NCBI GenBank assembly: GCA_040386535.1
Contig: JAZKFH010000017.1
Coordinates: 137,213 to 201,212, forward strand
Length of the DNA: 64,000 bases
Origin: Myxococcota bacterium
Lineage (GTDB): Bacteria > Myxococcota_A > UBA796 > SXON01
Reading direction: 5' to 3'
This document shows, one piece after another, positions 28,857-39,153 of the stretch. The notes beneath the pieces are model-generated. The model did not search any database and was not told the origin of the DNA. It saw only the letters and a list, made by a program, of their open reading frames with translations. Position 1 is the first letter of the stretch. Every line of letters starts with the position of its first letter. The position numbers and the translations under genes were made by a program.

Positions 28857-29531
28857 TCAGGGATGCACGGCTGAGCCTGACACCTCTACGATAGGCTGCA
28901 CGTGGAGATCCGACGCGCCACGGACATGGCACACCTCGCGACGGCGGCCCTCCCGGCGCAACGCCATCACGTCCTCTCCGTGGCGCACGGTGAGGCTCTC
29001 CCGCAACAGGTGGCCGCCGCGCCGCACCTCGCGCACCTCGGCGGTGTCACCGGGGACGAGCATCACGAGGGCGCCGATCCGGGGGTTTCCCTCGACGAGC
29101 ACCACGCTCGCGGACGAGGGGTCGGTCGTGCCGAGCCCGGTCGCCTCGACCCGCAGGCCCTCGCCGCTCGTCCAGTCGACATCGCCCACGTTGGTGCAGC
29201 TGGCCATCCCGCGCAGCTCGGTGGAGGACGTGACGCCGCCGTGGCCGAGCGCGACGCGGTGGATCCACACCCGCGGCCGCTCGTCGATCGAGTCATGCAC
29301 ACTCGCGGAGACGACGGATGCCTGCCCCGCGTCCACCTCGTAGTGGGTCAGCTGCGCCTCGGCGCCCATGGCGTCGGGGATGGTGACCAGGCCGCCCTCG
29401 GCCAGCCACCCGCCCGGATCGAGGAAGCCGAGCGGCGGGGAATCCCCCGGGAGGCGCACGGCGGCGAACGGGGCGCCGAGCTCGGCGCCGAGCCCCATCG
29501 CCGTCACGGCGAGCAGGAAGATGGTCGGCAT
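28857..29531 (-). CDS. Hypothetical exported protein
   Basis: Hydrophobic N-terminus; fills the gap in a co-oriented gene run. Confidence 0.55.
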   Translation of the reverse strand: MPTIFLLAVTAMGLGAELGAPFAAVRLPGDSPPLGFLDPGGWLAEGGLVTIPDAMGAEAQLTHYEVDAGQASVVSASVHDSIDERPRVWIHRVALGHGGVTSSTELRGMASCTNVGDVDWTSGEGLRVEATGLGTTDPSSASVVLVEGNPRIGALVMLVPGDTAEVREVRRGGHLLRESLTVRHGEDVMALRREGRRREVCHVRGASDLHVQPIVEVSGSAVHP

Positions 29532-29561
29532 CGGGGCAGCCTCCGGAATCCGGCAGGTGGA

Positions 29562-30767
29562 TCAACGGAACAGGGACGGATCCACCGCCGGGAGCCCCGT
29601 ACCGGGGCGCGCGAACAGATAGCCCTGGAGGAGGTCACACCCGAGCGCCACGAGCGTGTCGCGCTCGGGCCGGGTCTCGACCCCCTCGCCGATGACGACG
29701 ATGCCGAGCTGACGGCACAGGTCGACCATCGCGCGGACGAGCGTGGAGCGCATCGCGTCCCGGTCGATGCCACGGATGAGCGACATGTCGAGCTTCACCA
29801 CGTCGGGCGAGAGGTTCGCGAGGCTGGTGAGCCCGGCGTAGCCGCACCCGAGGTCGTCCAGCGCGATCTGGTACCCGGCGTGCCGGAGCCGCGCGATGGC
29901 CTCGCCCACGCCGGGCACGCCGTCGAGCCGCGCCCGCTCGGTCACCTCCAACGTGACACGGCCGGCGTACTTGAGGAGCGGATCCCGGGCGTCGCACAGC
30001 TCGGGATCGAGCACCTCGGCGGGGTGCAGGTTCACGAACAGCCGCTGGCCCGCCGGGAGCTGGGCGGCGCGCAACGCGGCGTGGGCCCGCACGCGGCGAC
30101 CGAGATCGGCGATGCGGTTCTGCCGTTCGGCGGCCGCGATGATCGCGAGAGGGTTGGTCAGGTGGGTGCTGGTCGAGCGCAGGAGCAGCTCGTAGGCGTG
30201 CACCGACGTGCTGGACGCGCGCACGATGGGCTGGGCGGAGAGCCACATCTTGTCGAGGGCGTCGTCCAGGTAGTCGTCCTCCTGGCGCTCCGCGGCTTCC
30301 GCGTCGGCGGGCGCGTCGAGGACCTTGCGGCGCATGCGCTGCATCGAACAGAAATGGGTGGCTTCGCGCACCTCGGACACGAAACGTTCGTGGGCCACGG
30401 GCTTGCAGAGATAACGATGCACGCCGCGTTCGATGGCGCCGATGGCCGACTCCACCGTGGGCGAACCGGTGATCAGCACGAACGGCACGTCGGGATCCTC
30501 CTCCCGTACCTTCGCCGCGAGCTCGAGCCCGGTCTCGTCGGCAAGCCACAGGTCGCTCACGATCGCGGAATAGTTGCGCCCTTGTGTCACCAGCGCCTCG
30601 GCCTCCGCGCCGGTCGACACCGAGTCGACCTCGAAGTCGGCCCGACGCAGGACACGAGAGTACAGGCCTCGGAGTGGCCGGTTGTCCTCGACGACGAGCA
30701 CGAGTGGAAGAGCCTGATCGGCGCCACGCGGGGCGCCGCGAGAGGAGGAATCGTTCGGGGTCAACAT
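29562..30767 (-). CDS. REC-EAL c-di-GMP phosphodiesterase
   Basis: REC domain, then YELLLR, FVNL, LEVTE, ALDDLGCGY, VKLD, GEGVET, LQGY: catalytic set present. Confidence 0.93.
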   Translation of the reverse strand: MLTPNDSSSRGAPRGADQALPLVLVVEDNRPLRGLYSRVLRRADFEVDSVSTGAEAEALVTQGRNYSAIVSDLWLADETGLELAAKVREEDPDVPFVLITGSPTVESAIGAIERGVHRYLCKPVAHERFVSEVREATHFCSMQRMRRKVLDAPADAEAAERQEDDYLDDALDKMWLSAQPIVRASSTSVHAYELLLRSTSTHLTNPLAIIAAAERQNRIADLGRRVRAHAALRAAQLPAGQRLFVNLHPAEVLDPELCDARDPLLKYAGRVTLEVTERARLDGVPGVGEAIARLRHAGYQIALDDLGCGYAGLTSLANLSPDVVKLDMSLIRGIDRDAMRSTLVRAMVDLCRQLGIVVIGEGVETRPERDTLVALGCDLLQGYLFARPGTGLPAVDPSLFR

Positions 30768-30867
30768 GTCCCAACCGGGGTGTGTAGGGGAGTATCGGCA
30801 GGGGCGCGGGGAACTTCGCAACGATCTGCTGTACCGGTGTCACTGATGGCCAGAACGACGTGAACGC

Positions 30868-31776
30868 TCATGTGCCCGGCGCGCGTGTCACCCGGTCGCG
30901 CCCTGCGCTCTTCGAGGTGTACAACGCGCGATCCGCCGCCTGCACCAGGTCGTCGAGGCCCCACCTTGCCACGCCGTCGAACAGGGCGGACGAGGCCACG
31001 CCGAAGCTGGCGGTGACGGGGACGGCGTGCCCGTCCTGGCACAGGCCCAGGTCGAGCAGGGCGCCGCGCATCCGCTCGGCGACGCGGCAGGCGGCGCCCA
31101 CGTCGGCGTCCGGGAGGACGACCGCGAACTCCTCGCCGCCGTAACGACAGAAGGCGTCCGTACCGCGGATGACCGCGCCGACGTGCCGGGCCACCGCTTG
31201 GAGCGCGCGATCCCCGAAGGGGTGGCCGAACCGGTCGTTCACCTCCTTGAAGTGGTCGACGTCGAACAGGATGAGGCAGAAGCAGCCCCCCTCCGCCCGG
31301 GTGCGGGACACGGCGGCGGCGAGCTGTTCGTCGAACCACGCCCGGTTCCAGAGGCCCGTGAGCCCGTCGACCTGCGCGCGGCTCGCCAACAGATCGAGGT
31401 ACGACTTGGTGCGGAGCGCCGACCGGACCCGCGCGCGCAGCTCCCGCGGCTCGAACGGCTTCGTGACGAAGTCGACGGCGCCGAGCTCCAGCGCGCGCAC
31501 CTTGGTCTCCGTGTCACAACAGGTGGTGAGGAAGATGATGGGGATGGTGGCGGTGCGGGGATCGGCCTTGAGGCGGTGGCAGGTCTCCAGGCCCCCGATG
31601 GGCTCGACATGGATGTCGAGGAGGACCAGATCGCACGGAGCTTCGCGCGCGATGCGCATGCCCTCGATCGCGCTCCGCGCGTGCACCACCACGACGTCCT
31701 CGGGGCCCAGATCCGCCGAGAGGAGGGCGTGGGTCTCCGAGGAGTCGTCGATCAGCAGCACGGATTGGCTCGTCAC
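30868..31776 (-). CDS. REC-GGDEF diguanylate cyclase (WspR/PleD-like)
   Basis: DGLTGLWNR, DVDHFKEVNDRFGH, RGTD I-site, RYGGEEF. Confidence 0.95.
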   Translation of the reverse strand: MTSQSVLLIDDSSETHALLSADLGPEDVVVVHARSAIEGMRIAREAPCDLVLLDIHVEPIGGLETCHRLKADPRTATIPIIFLTTCCDTETKVRALELGAVDFVTKPFEPRELRARVRSALRTKSYLDLLASRAQVDGLTGLWNRAWFDEQLAAAVSRTRAEGGCFCLILFDVDHFKEVNDRFGHPFGDRALQAVARHVGAVIRGTDAFCRYGGEEFAVVLPDADVGAACRVAERMRGALLDLGLCQDGHAVPVTASFGVASSALFDGVARWGLDDLVQAADRALYTSKSAGRDRVTRAPGT

Positions 31777-32012
31777 ATCGGCTCCGGCGAACGGGTGAGG
31801 GTCCGCCCATCCCCGTCACGGCTGTGGACGGGCTGGACGAGAGCCCTGCGCCCGGCTCGAGACAATTCGTGACAAACGCGACCATGGCTTGACACACCCA
31901 GGCGGGCTGAATTGGCAGCCCACCGGCAGCCCACTGGAAATCTACGTGACGACCAAATCAGACTGCAAGTTCTCCACCCGGCGTCCGAAAGGGGGGGGAC
32001 ACGGATGCGAGG

Positions 32013-32558
32013 ATGATGCACGGACCCGCCACGACCTGGACCCCCGCTCCCGTGGACTCGCTCGATCCCTTCGGGCGCACGCCCGACGCCGCGGACATCC
32101 TGGCGATTCGTGTCGCGGGACAGCCGCTCGCCCTGCGGATGGCGCAGGTCGGCGGGGTGCTGGCCCTGTCCGACCATCGCCGCGTGGTGCGCCTCCCCGC
32201 GGCCGATCCGGCGCTGCTCGGCGTGGTGGCGATTCGCGGGGTGGTGACGCCCATCTTCTCTCTCTCCGCCCTCCTCGGCCTGCCCGGGCCGCGCACCCAC
32301 CTCTGGTTCACGTGGGTGGAGGGGCGCAACCCCGTCGCCTACGCGTTCGACGCGGTCGACGGGCGGGGCTGGCTCGGCCCTGAGGCGCTCCGCACGGCCG
32401 GAACCCCCACCCATCCGCTGCTGGGGGGCGCCGCGCTCTACGCCGGCACCGCCCGCCCCCTGCTGAACCTCTCCGACGGCATCCTCGCGTGCCGCGCCCG
32501 CGCGGCGGCGCTGGACACGACGCGGAGCGACGCGCACCGCGTCCCCTTCGCCGCGTAG
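32013..32558 (+). CDS. cheW: CheW-like coupling protein
   Basis: VVRLPAADPALLGVVAIRGVVTPIFSL, AFDAVDG. Confidence 0.8.
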   Translation: MMHGPATTWTPAPVDSLDPFGRTPDAADILAIRVAGQPLALRMAQVGGVLALSDHRRVVRLPAADPALLGVVAIRGVVTPIFSLSALLGLPGPRTHLWFTWVEGRNPVAYAFDAVDGRGWLGPEALRTAGTPTHPLLGGAALYAGTARPLLNLSDGILACRARAAALDTTRSDAHRVPFAA

Positions 32559-32728
32559 GCGTCAGCAGGAACGATTGCCTCGGCAAGAGGGCCGTTCGTG
32601 TTGACCTCGCGGGTTTCTCCGAGCAATTCATCGACGGGGAGGGGTACCATGATCGCCCACCCCGAGGAGACCATGCGATCACTGCCGCGTCGGATCCGCC
32701 TCCCCCACCGTACCGGAGCGGCGTAGCC

Positions 32729-34780
32729 ATGTCGAACGACGCGCTGCACTACTTCCGCATCGAGGCGCAGGAGCTGGTCGCGGAGCTGCGCCAGGGGATG
32801 GTGGACCTCGACCGTGCGCCCTGGGACCGCGCGGTGGTGCGGCGCCTGTTCCGGGTGGCCCACACGCTCAAGGGCGCCGCCCAGGTGGTCGACCACCCGC
32901 AGATCGCCGCCCTTTCGCACGCCGTGGAGGAGTTCCTCTCCCCGTACCGGGACGGCACGGATCTCGTCCCACCGGAGTCGCTCCGCGAGGCCCTCCAGCT
33001 CGTGATGGGCATGGAAGAGGCCGTGGTGGGCCTCGATCGCCCCGCGGCCGGCGGGGATCCGCGCGCGGAGAACGGGCCGCCGGCGGTGCCGTACGAGACG
33101 ATGCGGGTGGAGCTCAAGGAGCTCGATTCGTTGCTGGGCTCCCTCTCGGAGCTCGAGGCGCAGATCGCGGGGTTCCAGCGCCCGGAGGACTGCCTCGTCG
33201 AGGCCCGGCGCATCGTCAACGACTTCGGCATCCACCTCACCACCAACGCGTCGGCGACCACGGCGTACCTGGCCGCCGGTGCGGACAGCAAGCTCGTGGC
33301 GATGGTGGAGGACCTGGCGCGGTCCCTCGAGCGGTGCCACGGCACGCTGCGCGCCGCGCGCGACCGCACGGAGGCAGAGGTCACCCTGCTGCACGACCAG
33401 GCGCAGCGCATGCGCCTCATCCCCACGAGCGTGCTGCTCACGACCCTGGAGCGGGCGGCGCGTGACGCCGGGCAGATGCTCGGCAAGCCCGTGATCGTCA
33501 CGTCGAGCGGCGGGCACCTCCACCTCGACTCGCACGTGCTCGAGACCCTGAAGGACGCCCTGCTCCAGGTCGTCCGCAACGCGGTGGTGCACGGGGTGGA
33601 GAGCCCGGACGGGCGCGCCGCCGCCGAAAAGCCCCCCTTCGGCCAGATCCGCCTCAGCGTGGAGCGGCGCGGGGGGAAGGTCGCGATTTCCTGCACGGAC
33701 GACGGGGCCGGCATCGACCTCGACGGTGTCGGGCTCGCCGCCATCCGCCGGGGTGTCCTCACGCCCGACGAGGGCGCCGCGCTCACGCTGCCGGGCGCCG
33801 TCGACCTGCTGCGCGCGGGCGGCATCTCCACGCGCGACTCCGCCGACATGCTCTCCGGGCGCGGCATCGGGTTCAACGTCGTCAACGCGGCGGTGGAGCG
33901 GCTGAGCGGCACGTTGACGGTGCACAGCGACAAGGGCCTCGGCACGACCGTCGAGCTCCTCGTGCCCGTGGCCCTCACCGCCATCCGATCGTTGAAGGTC
34001 GAGGCCGGTGGGCTCGTCGCCTGGATCCCGGTCGACGCGATCGCGCGGGCGGTGCGGGTACCGGCGGGGGAGGTCGTCGGCACCGCCCACGACCGGGTCG
34101 TCACCGACGCGGGCGAGACGCTCCCGTTCTTGTGCCTGCACGACGTGCTCGAGGCGCCCATCCGCGCCCGCCCCGGCAGCATCGAGACCATGCTGCTGCT
34201 CCAGGCCGGGGGGCGCCGCGTCGCCCTCGGCGTCGATCGCATCGTAGGGGTGCGCGACATCCTCGCGCGGCCGATCGAGTCCGAGTTGACCGCCTCCGCC
34301 CTCGTCGCGGCCACCACGCTCGACTCCGCCGGCGTCCCCGAGCTGGTGCTGGAGCCGTCGCGCATCATCGAGCTCGCGCCCGCGCTCCTGCCGGTGGCCG
34401 AGCGCCACCACGATCGGCTCCCCATCCTCATCGTGGACGACTGTGCCACCTCGCGGCTCGTGGAGCAGGAGATCCTCCAGGCGGCCGGCTACGAGGTCGA
34501 CCTCGCGGACACCGGGGAGGAAGGGCTCCGCCGGGCCAAGCGCCGCGCCTACGGCGCCTTCATCGTCGATGTCGAGATGCCCGGGATGGACGGCTTCGAG
34601 TTCGTCACCCGCATCCACGACCACCCGCTGCTCGCGCAGACCCCGTGTTTTCTCGTCACGTCCCGTTCCGCCGCGGCCTACCGGCGCAAGGGCGAGCTCG
34701 CGGGCGTGACCGGCTACGTGCTGAAGGGAGAGCTGCGCCGGGGCGACTTTCTCGAACAACTACGCAAACATACGGGGTAG
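32729..34780 (+). CDS. cheA: CheA-like hybrid kinase (Hpt-HATPase-CheW-REC), cluster 1
   Basis: AHTLKGAA Hpt, VRNAVVHGVE, DDGAGID, SGRGIG, C-terminal REC DVEMPGMDG. Confidence 0.92.
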   Translation: MSNDALHYFRIEAQELVAELRQGMVDLDRAPWDRAVVRRLFRVAHTLKGAAQVVDHPQIAALSHAVEEFLSPYRDGTDLVPPESLREALQLVMGMEEAVVGLDRPAAGGDPRAENGPPAVPYETMRVELKELDSLLGSLSELEAQIAGFQRPEDCLVEARRIVNDFGIHLTTNASATTAYLAAGADSKLVAMVEDLARSLERCHGTLRAARDRTEAEVTLLHDQAQRMRLIPTSVLLTTLERAARDAGQMLGKPVIVTSSGGHLHLDSHVLETLKDALLQVVRNAVVHGVESPDGRAAAEKPPFGQIRLSVERRGGKVAISCTDDGAGIDLDGVGLAAIRRGVLTPDEGAALTLPGAVDLLRAGGISTRDSADMLSGRGIGFNVVNAAVERLSGTLTVHSDKGLGTTVELLVPVALTAIRSLKVEAGGLVAWIPVDAIARAVRVPAGEVVGTAHDRVVTDAGETLPFLCLHDVLEAPIRARPGSIETMLLLQAGGRRVALGVDRIVGVRDILARPIESELTASALVAATTLDSAGVPELVLEPSRIIELAPALLPVAERHHDRLPILIVDDCATSRLVEQEILQAAGYEVDLADTGEEGLRRAKRRAYGAFIVDVEMPGMDGFEFVTRIHDHPLLAQTPCFLVTSRSAAAYRRKGELAGVTGYVLKGELRRGDFLEQLRKHTG

Positions 34781-34881
34781 CGCCATCCCACCCCTCCGTC
34801 GACCACGCCGCGCGCGCGCCCCGCGGCCCGCCCCTCGTCACCCGTCCTGCTCGCGCAGCGGCGGCGCGGTAGGTTGTCCCC

Positions 34882-37800
34882 GTGCGTGACGACGATCCCG
34901 GCAAGCCCCTCGTACTCGTGGTCGACGACAGCCTGACGGTTCGTATGGACCTCGGGCACACGCTGAAGAACGCGGGCTTCGACGTGACGCTCTGCGCGAC
35001 GCTGGCCGAGGCGCGCCGGGAGCTGTCGCGGGCGCGGTACGCGCTGCTGGTGCTCGACGTGCTGCTGCCCGACGGCGACGGCATTGATCTGCTCGCTGAG
35101 CTGAAGCGGGATCCGAAGAGCGCCGACCTGCCGGTCATGCTGCTCACCTCGGAGGCCGTCGTGCGCGACCGCGTCCGCGGCTGGTCCGTGGGCGCGGACG
35201 ACTACGTCGGCAAGCCCTACGACCGCGGCTACGTCGTGGCCCGCGCGCACCAGCTCGTCCGCGGCCCCGCCCCCGCCTCCAACGTCCTGTCGGTGCTGCT
35301 CGTGGAGCCGCACCCCGACTCGAAGCTGCGCACGGCCTTGTCCGACGCCGGCTACGACGTCTCGTTCGCGACGACCGGTGAGGAGGGGCTGCGCATGGCG
35401 CTCGCCCGCCGCCCCTCCGCCATGATCGTGGACGCCGCGCTCCCCGGCATCGACGGCGCCTCGGTCATCCGCCACATGCGTCTGGACGCCGCGCTGCGCC
35501 GCATGCCCGCGCTGCTGCTGACCGCCTCGGCCGAGGTGGGCGACGAGCTGCGCGCGCTGGACGCGGGCGCCGACGCCTTCGTGCGCAAGGGCGCCGACCC
35601 GAGCCTGGTGCTCGCGCGGCTGAACGCCCTGTTGCGCTCGGGGCGCGAGGACCCCGCCGAGCAGGAGGCCCCCAGCGCGCTCGGCCCCAAGCGGATCCTC
35701 GTGGTGGACCACGACCGCGACTACCTCGCCGCCCTGACGAAGCAGCTCCGGGGCGAGGGGTACGACGTTGCCGTGGCCGAGTCGGGTGCCGCCGCGATGC
35801 AGCTCCTGGCGGTGCAGCCGGTGGACTGCGTGTTGTTCGACCACCAGAGCCCCGGCGAGTCCGGGATCGATCTGATCCGCACGATCAAGAGCACCCAGAC
35901 CCTCCGCGATCCGCCCATGATCGTGCTGACCGCGGTGGACGACCCGCAGGAGATGCTCTCGACCATCAACGCCGGGGCCGACGACTACGTGCCGAAGTCG
36001 AGCGGCTTCGACGTCGTCAAGGCGCGCGTGCGCGCCCGGCTGCGGCGGCGGCAGTTCGAGGACGAGCGTAGGCAGATCACGGAGCTGGCGCTACGCCAGG
36101 AGATGTACGTAGCCGAGGCCCGCGCCGTGTGGGACCTCGCCGAGGCCCGCGCCGCCCTGCTCGCCGACCTCGGCGAGAAGAACGAGGAGCTGCGCCGCAC
36201 GAACGCCCTGCTCGCCGTCGCGCGCGACCAGGCTGAGCGGGAGAGCAACTTCAAGTCCCGCTTCCTCGCCAACATGTCCCACGAGCTGCGCACCCCGCTC
36301 AACGCCATCATCGGCTTCTCCGAGCTCCTCGAACAGCAGCTCTTCGGGCCCCTGAACGACCGGCAGGTGCAGTACGTCGGCCACGTGCACTCCAGCGGCC
36401 GCCACCTGCTCGCGCTCATCAACGAGGTGCTCGACCTGTCCAAGATCGCGGCTGGCCGCGTGGATCTGCAACGCGACTGGATCGAGCCGCGCAGCATCAC
36501 CGACGCCGCGGTCGCCATCGTCCGCCCCATCGCGACCAAGCAGGGCGTCACGCTCACGGCGAACATCCCGCCGGGCCTGCCGCTCCTGTATGCCGACCCC
36601 GTGCGGCTCCGGCAGGTGCTCTACAACCTGCTCTCCAACGGCATCAAGTTCACCCCGCGCGGCGGCACGGTGACGTTGCGCGCCCAGGCCTCGGGGGACC
36701 GCCTCCGGTTCGACGTGGACGACACGGGGATCGGCATCCGCCAGGAGGATCTGCCGCGGTTGTTCCGGGAGTTCGAGCAGATCGAGGGGCCGTCCGGGCT
36801 CAAGCCCCAGGGGACCGGGCTCGGGCTCGCGCTCTCGCGCCGCCTCGTCGAGCTCCAGGGCGGAAACCTCTCCGTCCAGAGCACCCCCGGCGTCGGCTCC
36901 ACCTTCACGGTCACCCTGCCCCTGCACCGCACGGAGGTGGAGGGCCGGGGCGAGGTCGAGCCGTGGGCGGGGCCGCTGGTGCTGGTCATCGAGGACGATC
37001 CGGGCGTGGCCGAGTCCACGATGGAGCATCTGCGCATGTCCGGCCTCTCGTCGGCCTGGGCGCGCACCCCGGAGGAGGCGACGCGGATGCAGTCCGCGCT
37101 CCAGCCGGCCGCCATCGTGCTCGACCTCGGTCTGAAGACCGCGGACGGCTGGGCGCTCCTGGCCCGCCTGCGCGTAGACCCCGCCTCGTCCAACACCCCC
37201 ATCGTCATCGTGGCGTCCGTCGGGCGGGAGGGCCCGGCGCTCGTGGTGGGCGCCACCGACTACCTGGTCAAGCCGGTGGACAGGCAGGCGCTCCTCCGGC
37301 TGCTCGACCTCGGCACCGGCCCGCGGCGGGTGTTGCTGGTCGGGACCCAAACCGCCGACCTGGAGCGGGTCGAGGCCCACCTGACCGGCGCCGGGCACAC
37401 CGTGCACAAGGGCGACACCGCCGCGTCGGTGGCCGCCGGGCTCGCGGACGTCGACGCCGTGCTCGTCGATCTGTCCGACCCGCCCGACGTCGTGGCCGCC
37501 CTCCTCGCGCCCCTGGACCGCGCCCCCTCGGCCCCCATCGTGCTCGGCCTCGTCGGGCCCTGCGTGCAGCCGGTGCTCCCGGCCACGCCCGCCCTGCTCC
37601 CGCCATGGTCCCATCCGGGCGACACCGCGCGGCTCACCCGTGCACTGCGCACCGGGCTTGCCCGCGCCCGCGAGTACGAGGACGCGGCGCGCAGCTCCAC
37701 GGGCCTCCCCCGGAAAGAGGCGCTCGTCGCGCACCTCCGCGGTGCGTTGCAGCGCGCCGAGCGGGACCTCCGGCAGGTCGCGGTCATCGCGGCCCGCGCG

Positions 37801-38073
37801 CCCACCGTCCGCGACGACACCCGCAAGCGCGCCCGCGCCATCGCCCCCCGCTTGCGCACGGGGGACTTTGTCGCCATGACCGATGACGACATCGTGCTCA
37901 TCGTGGTCGACGCCGTTCCCCAACACGCCACCACCATCGAGGCGCGCTTCGCCGACCTGCTAGGGCGCGTGTTCGGCGGCCCCGTGTCGCTGTGCGCGGG
38001 CTGGTTCCCGCAGGACGGCTCCCAGGCCGAGACCCTCGTGGCCACGGTGCTGGCCCGGCTGGACAAGGCCTGA
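34882..38073 (+). CDS. Multi-receiver hybrid histidine kinase (3xREC-HisKA-HATPase-REC-REC-like-degenerate GGDEF)
   Basis: Three N-terminal REC domains, FLANMSHELRTPLN, NLLSNGIKFT, DTGIGI, GTGLGL, further REC domains, TGLP...RLRTGD tail. Confidence 0.9.
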   Translation: MRDDDPGKPLVLVVDDSLTVRMDLGHTLKNAGFDVTLCATLAEARRELSRARYALLVLDVLLPDGDGIDLLAELKRDPKSADLPVMLLTSEAVVRDRVRGWSVGADDYVGKPYDRGYVVARAHQLVRGPAPASNVLSVLLVEPHPDSKLRTALSDAGYDVSFATTGEEGLRMALARRPSAMIVDAALPGIDGASVIRHMRLDAALRRMPALLLTASAEVGDELRALDAGADAFVRKGADPSLVLARLNALLRSGREDPAEQEAPSALGPKRILVVDHDRDYLAALTKQLRGEGYDVAVAESGAAAMQLLAVQPVDCVLFDHQSPGESGIDLIRTIKSTQTLRDPPMIVLTAVDDPQEMLSTINAGADDYVPKSSGFDVVKARVRARLRRRQFEDERRQITELALRQEMYVAEARAVWDLAEARAALLADLGEKNEELRRTNALLAVARDQAERESNFKSRFLANMSHELRTPLNAIIGFSELLEQQLFGPLNDRQVQYVGHVHSSGRHLLALINEVLDLSKIAAGRVDLQRDWIEPRSITDAAVAIVRPIATKQGVTLTANIPPGLPLLYADPVRLRQVLYNLLSNGIKFTPRGGTVTLRAQASGDRLRFDVDDTGIGIRQEDLPRLFREFEQIEGPSGLKPQGTGLGLALSRRLVELQGGNLSVQSTPGVGSTFTVTLPLHRTEVEGRGEVEPWAGPLVLVIEDDPGVAESTMEHLRMSGLSSAWARTPEEATRMQSALQPAAIVLDLGLKTADGWALLARLRVDPASSNTPIVIVASVGREGPALVVGATDYLVKPVDRQALLRLLDLGTGPRRVLLVGTQTADLERVEAHLTGAGHTVHKGDTAASVAAGLADVDAVLVDLSDPPDVVAALLAPLDRAPSAPIVLGLVGPCVQPVLPATPALLPPWSHPGDTARLTRALRTGLARAREYEDAARSSTGLPRKEALVAHLRGALQRAERDLRQVAVIAARAPTVRDDTRKRARAIAPRLRTGDFVAMTDDDIVLIVVDAVPQHATTIEARFADLLGRVFGGPVSLCAGWFPQDGSQAETLVATVLARLDKA

Positions 38074-38450
38074 TGGCGGGCGTCACGACCCTGATCGTCG
38101 AGGACCACGCGCTCAACCGCTGTCTCCTCAAGGATCTGCTGGAGTGGCACGGCCACACGGTCATCGAGGCCATCGGCGGGGACGACGCGTGGGAGGCGCT
38201 GGCACGCGCTCGGCCCGACCTGGTCCTGCTCGACATCCTGATCCCCGGCGGCGGCGGCGAGCGCCTCCTGGCCCGCATGCGCGCCGACGCCCGTCTCGCC
38301 GATGTCCCCGTGGTCGCCGTGACCGCGCTCTCCATGCCCGAGGATCGCACCCGCCTGATCGACGCGGGGTTCGACGCCTACGTCACCAAGCCGTACGACA
38401 CGCGAGACCTGCTGGTGCTGGTGGACGCGCTGGTGGATCACCGGCGGTAG
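38073..38450 (+). CDS. Single-domain response regulator (DivK/CheY-like)
   Basis: LIVEDH, LLDILIP, AVTA, YVTKP; ATG overlaps the upstream stop. Confidence 0.9.
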   Translation: MAGVTTLIVEDHALNRCLLKDLLEWHGHTVIEAIGGDDAWEALARARPDLVLLDILIPGGGGERLLARMRADARLADVPVVAVTALSMPEDRTRLIDAGFDAYVTKPYDTRDLLVLVDALVDHRR

Positions 38451-38550
38451 GTCCGCGCCCCGTCGCGACGCGTCAAGATTTTCCCGCGCCACGATCGCGG
38501 CCCCGTCGAAGCGCGAGCGCAGCAGCGTCGGCACCGTAGCGCAAAACTGT

Positions 38551-38582
38551 TTGTCAGCAATCACTGTCATGTTTACAGTGAT
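38551..38582 (+). promoter_or_regulatory. Sigma70-like promoter TTGTCA-N17-TACAGT overlapped by dyad ATCACTGT-N7-ACAGTGAT
   Basis: -35 at 38551-38556, -10 at 38574-38579, perfect 8-bp inverted repeat at 38560-38582, in an AT-rich patch just before the MerR-type gene. Confidence 0.7.
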
Positions 38583-38586
38583 GTTC

Positions 38587-39153
38587 ATGCCGCCCCTGTT
38601 GCTCGACCGCTACCGCCCCACCGGGCCCCAGTCCGCCTCGTCCAAGGAGGGCTTCGGGCTGGCCGCCCTCGTCGCGGCCGCCGGGGAGATCCTCGCGGCG
38701 ACAGGAAGCGCGGTGGGGGACGAGCGCGTCTCGAGCGCGCCCGACGCGCGCACCATCCGCTACTACCAGTCGCTCGGGGTGCTCGATCGGCCGCTCCGCC
38801 ACGAGGGGCGCGAGGTGGTGTACGGCTACCGGCACCTGCTCCAGGCCGTCGCGACCAAGCTGCTGCAGGCCGAGGGCTACACGCTGGCGCAGGTGCAGCG
38901 CGCGCTGCTGGGCAGCACCACCGAGGCGCTGGAGCGCGCGGTCGCGGACGCGCTCGGCGACGGTGCGCCGAGATCGCAAGCGGCGCCGCCCGCGCCGCCC
39001 GCACCGGCCGCCCCCGATCTGCGCTCCCTCCTCACGCGCGAGGTCGCGCCCGGCGTGATCGTCACGCTCGATCCGCGCCTCGTCTCCGATCCCGACTCGC
39101 TCCTCGCCCGCATCACCCACGCGCTCACCCTTCCCTCCGGAGGATCCCGATGA
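38587..39153 (+). CDS. MerR-family HTH transcriptional regulator
   Basis: PDARTIRYYQSLGVLDRP...YGYRHLLQ...KLLQAEGYTLAQV. Confidence 0.88.
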   Translation: MPPLLLDRYRPTGPQSASSKEGFGLAALVAAAGEILAATGSAVGDERVSSAPDARTIRYYQSLGVLDRPLRHEGREVVYGYRHLLQAVATKLLQAEGYTLAQVQRALLGSTTEALERAVADALGDGAPRSQAAPPAPPAPAAPDLRSLLTREVAPGVIVTLDPRLVSDPDSLLARITHALTLPSGGSR

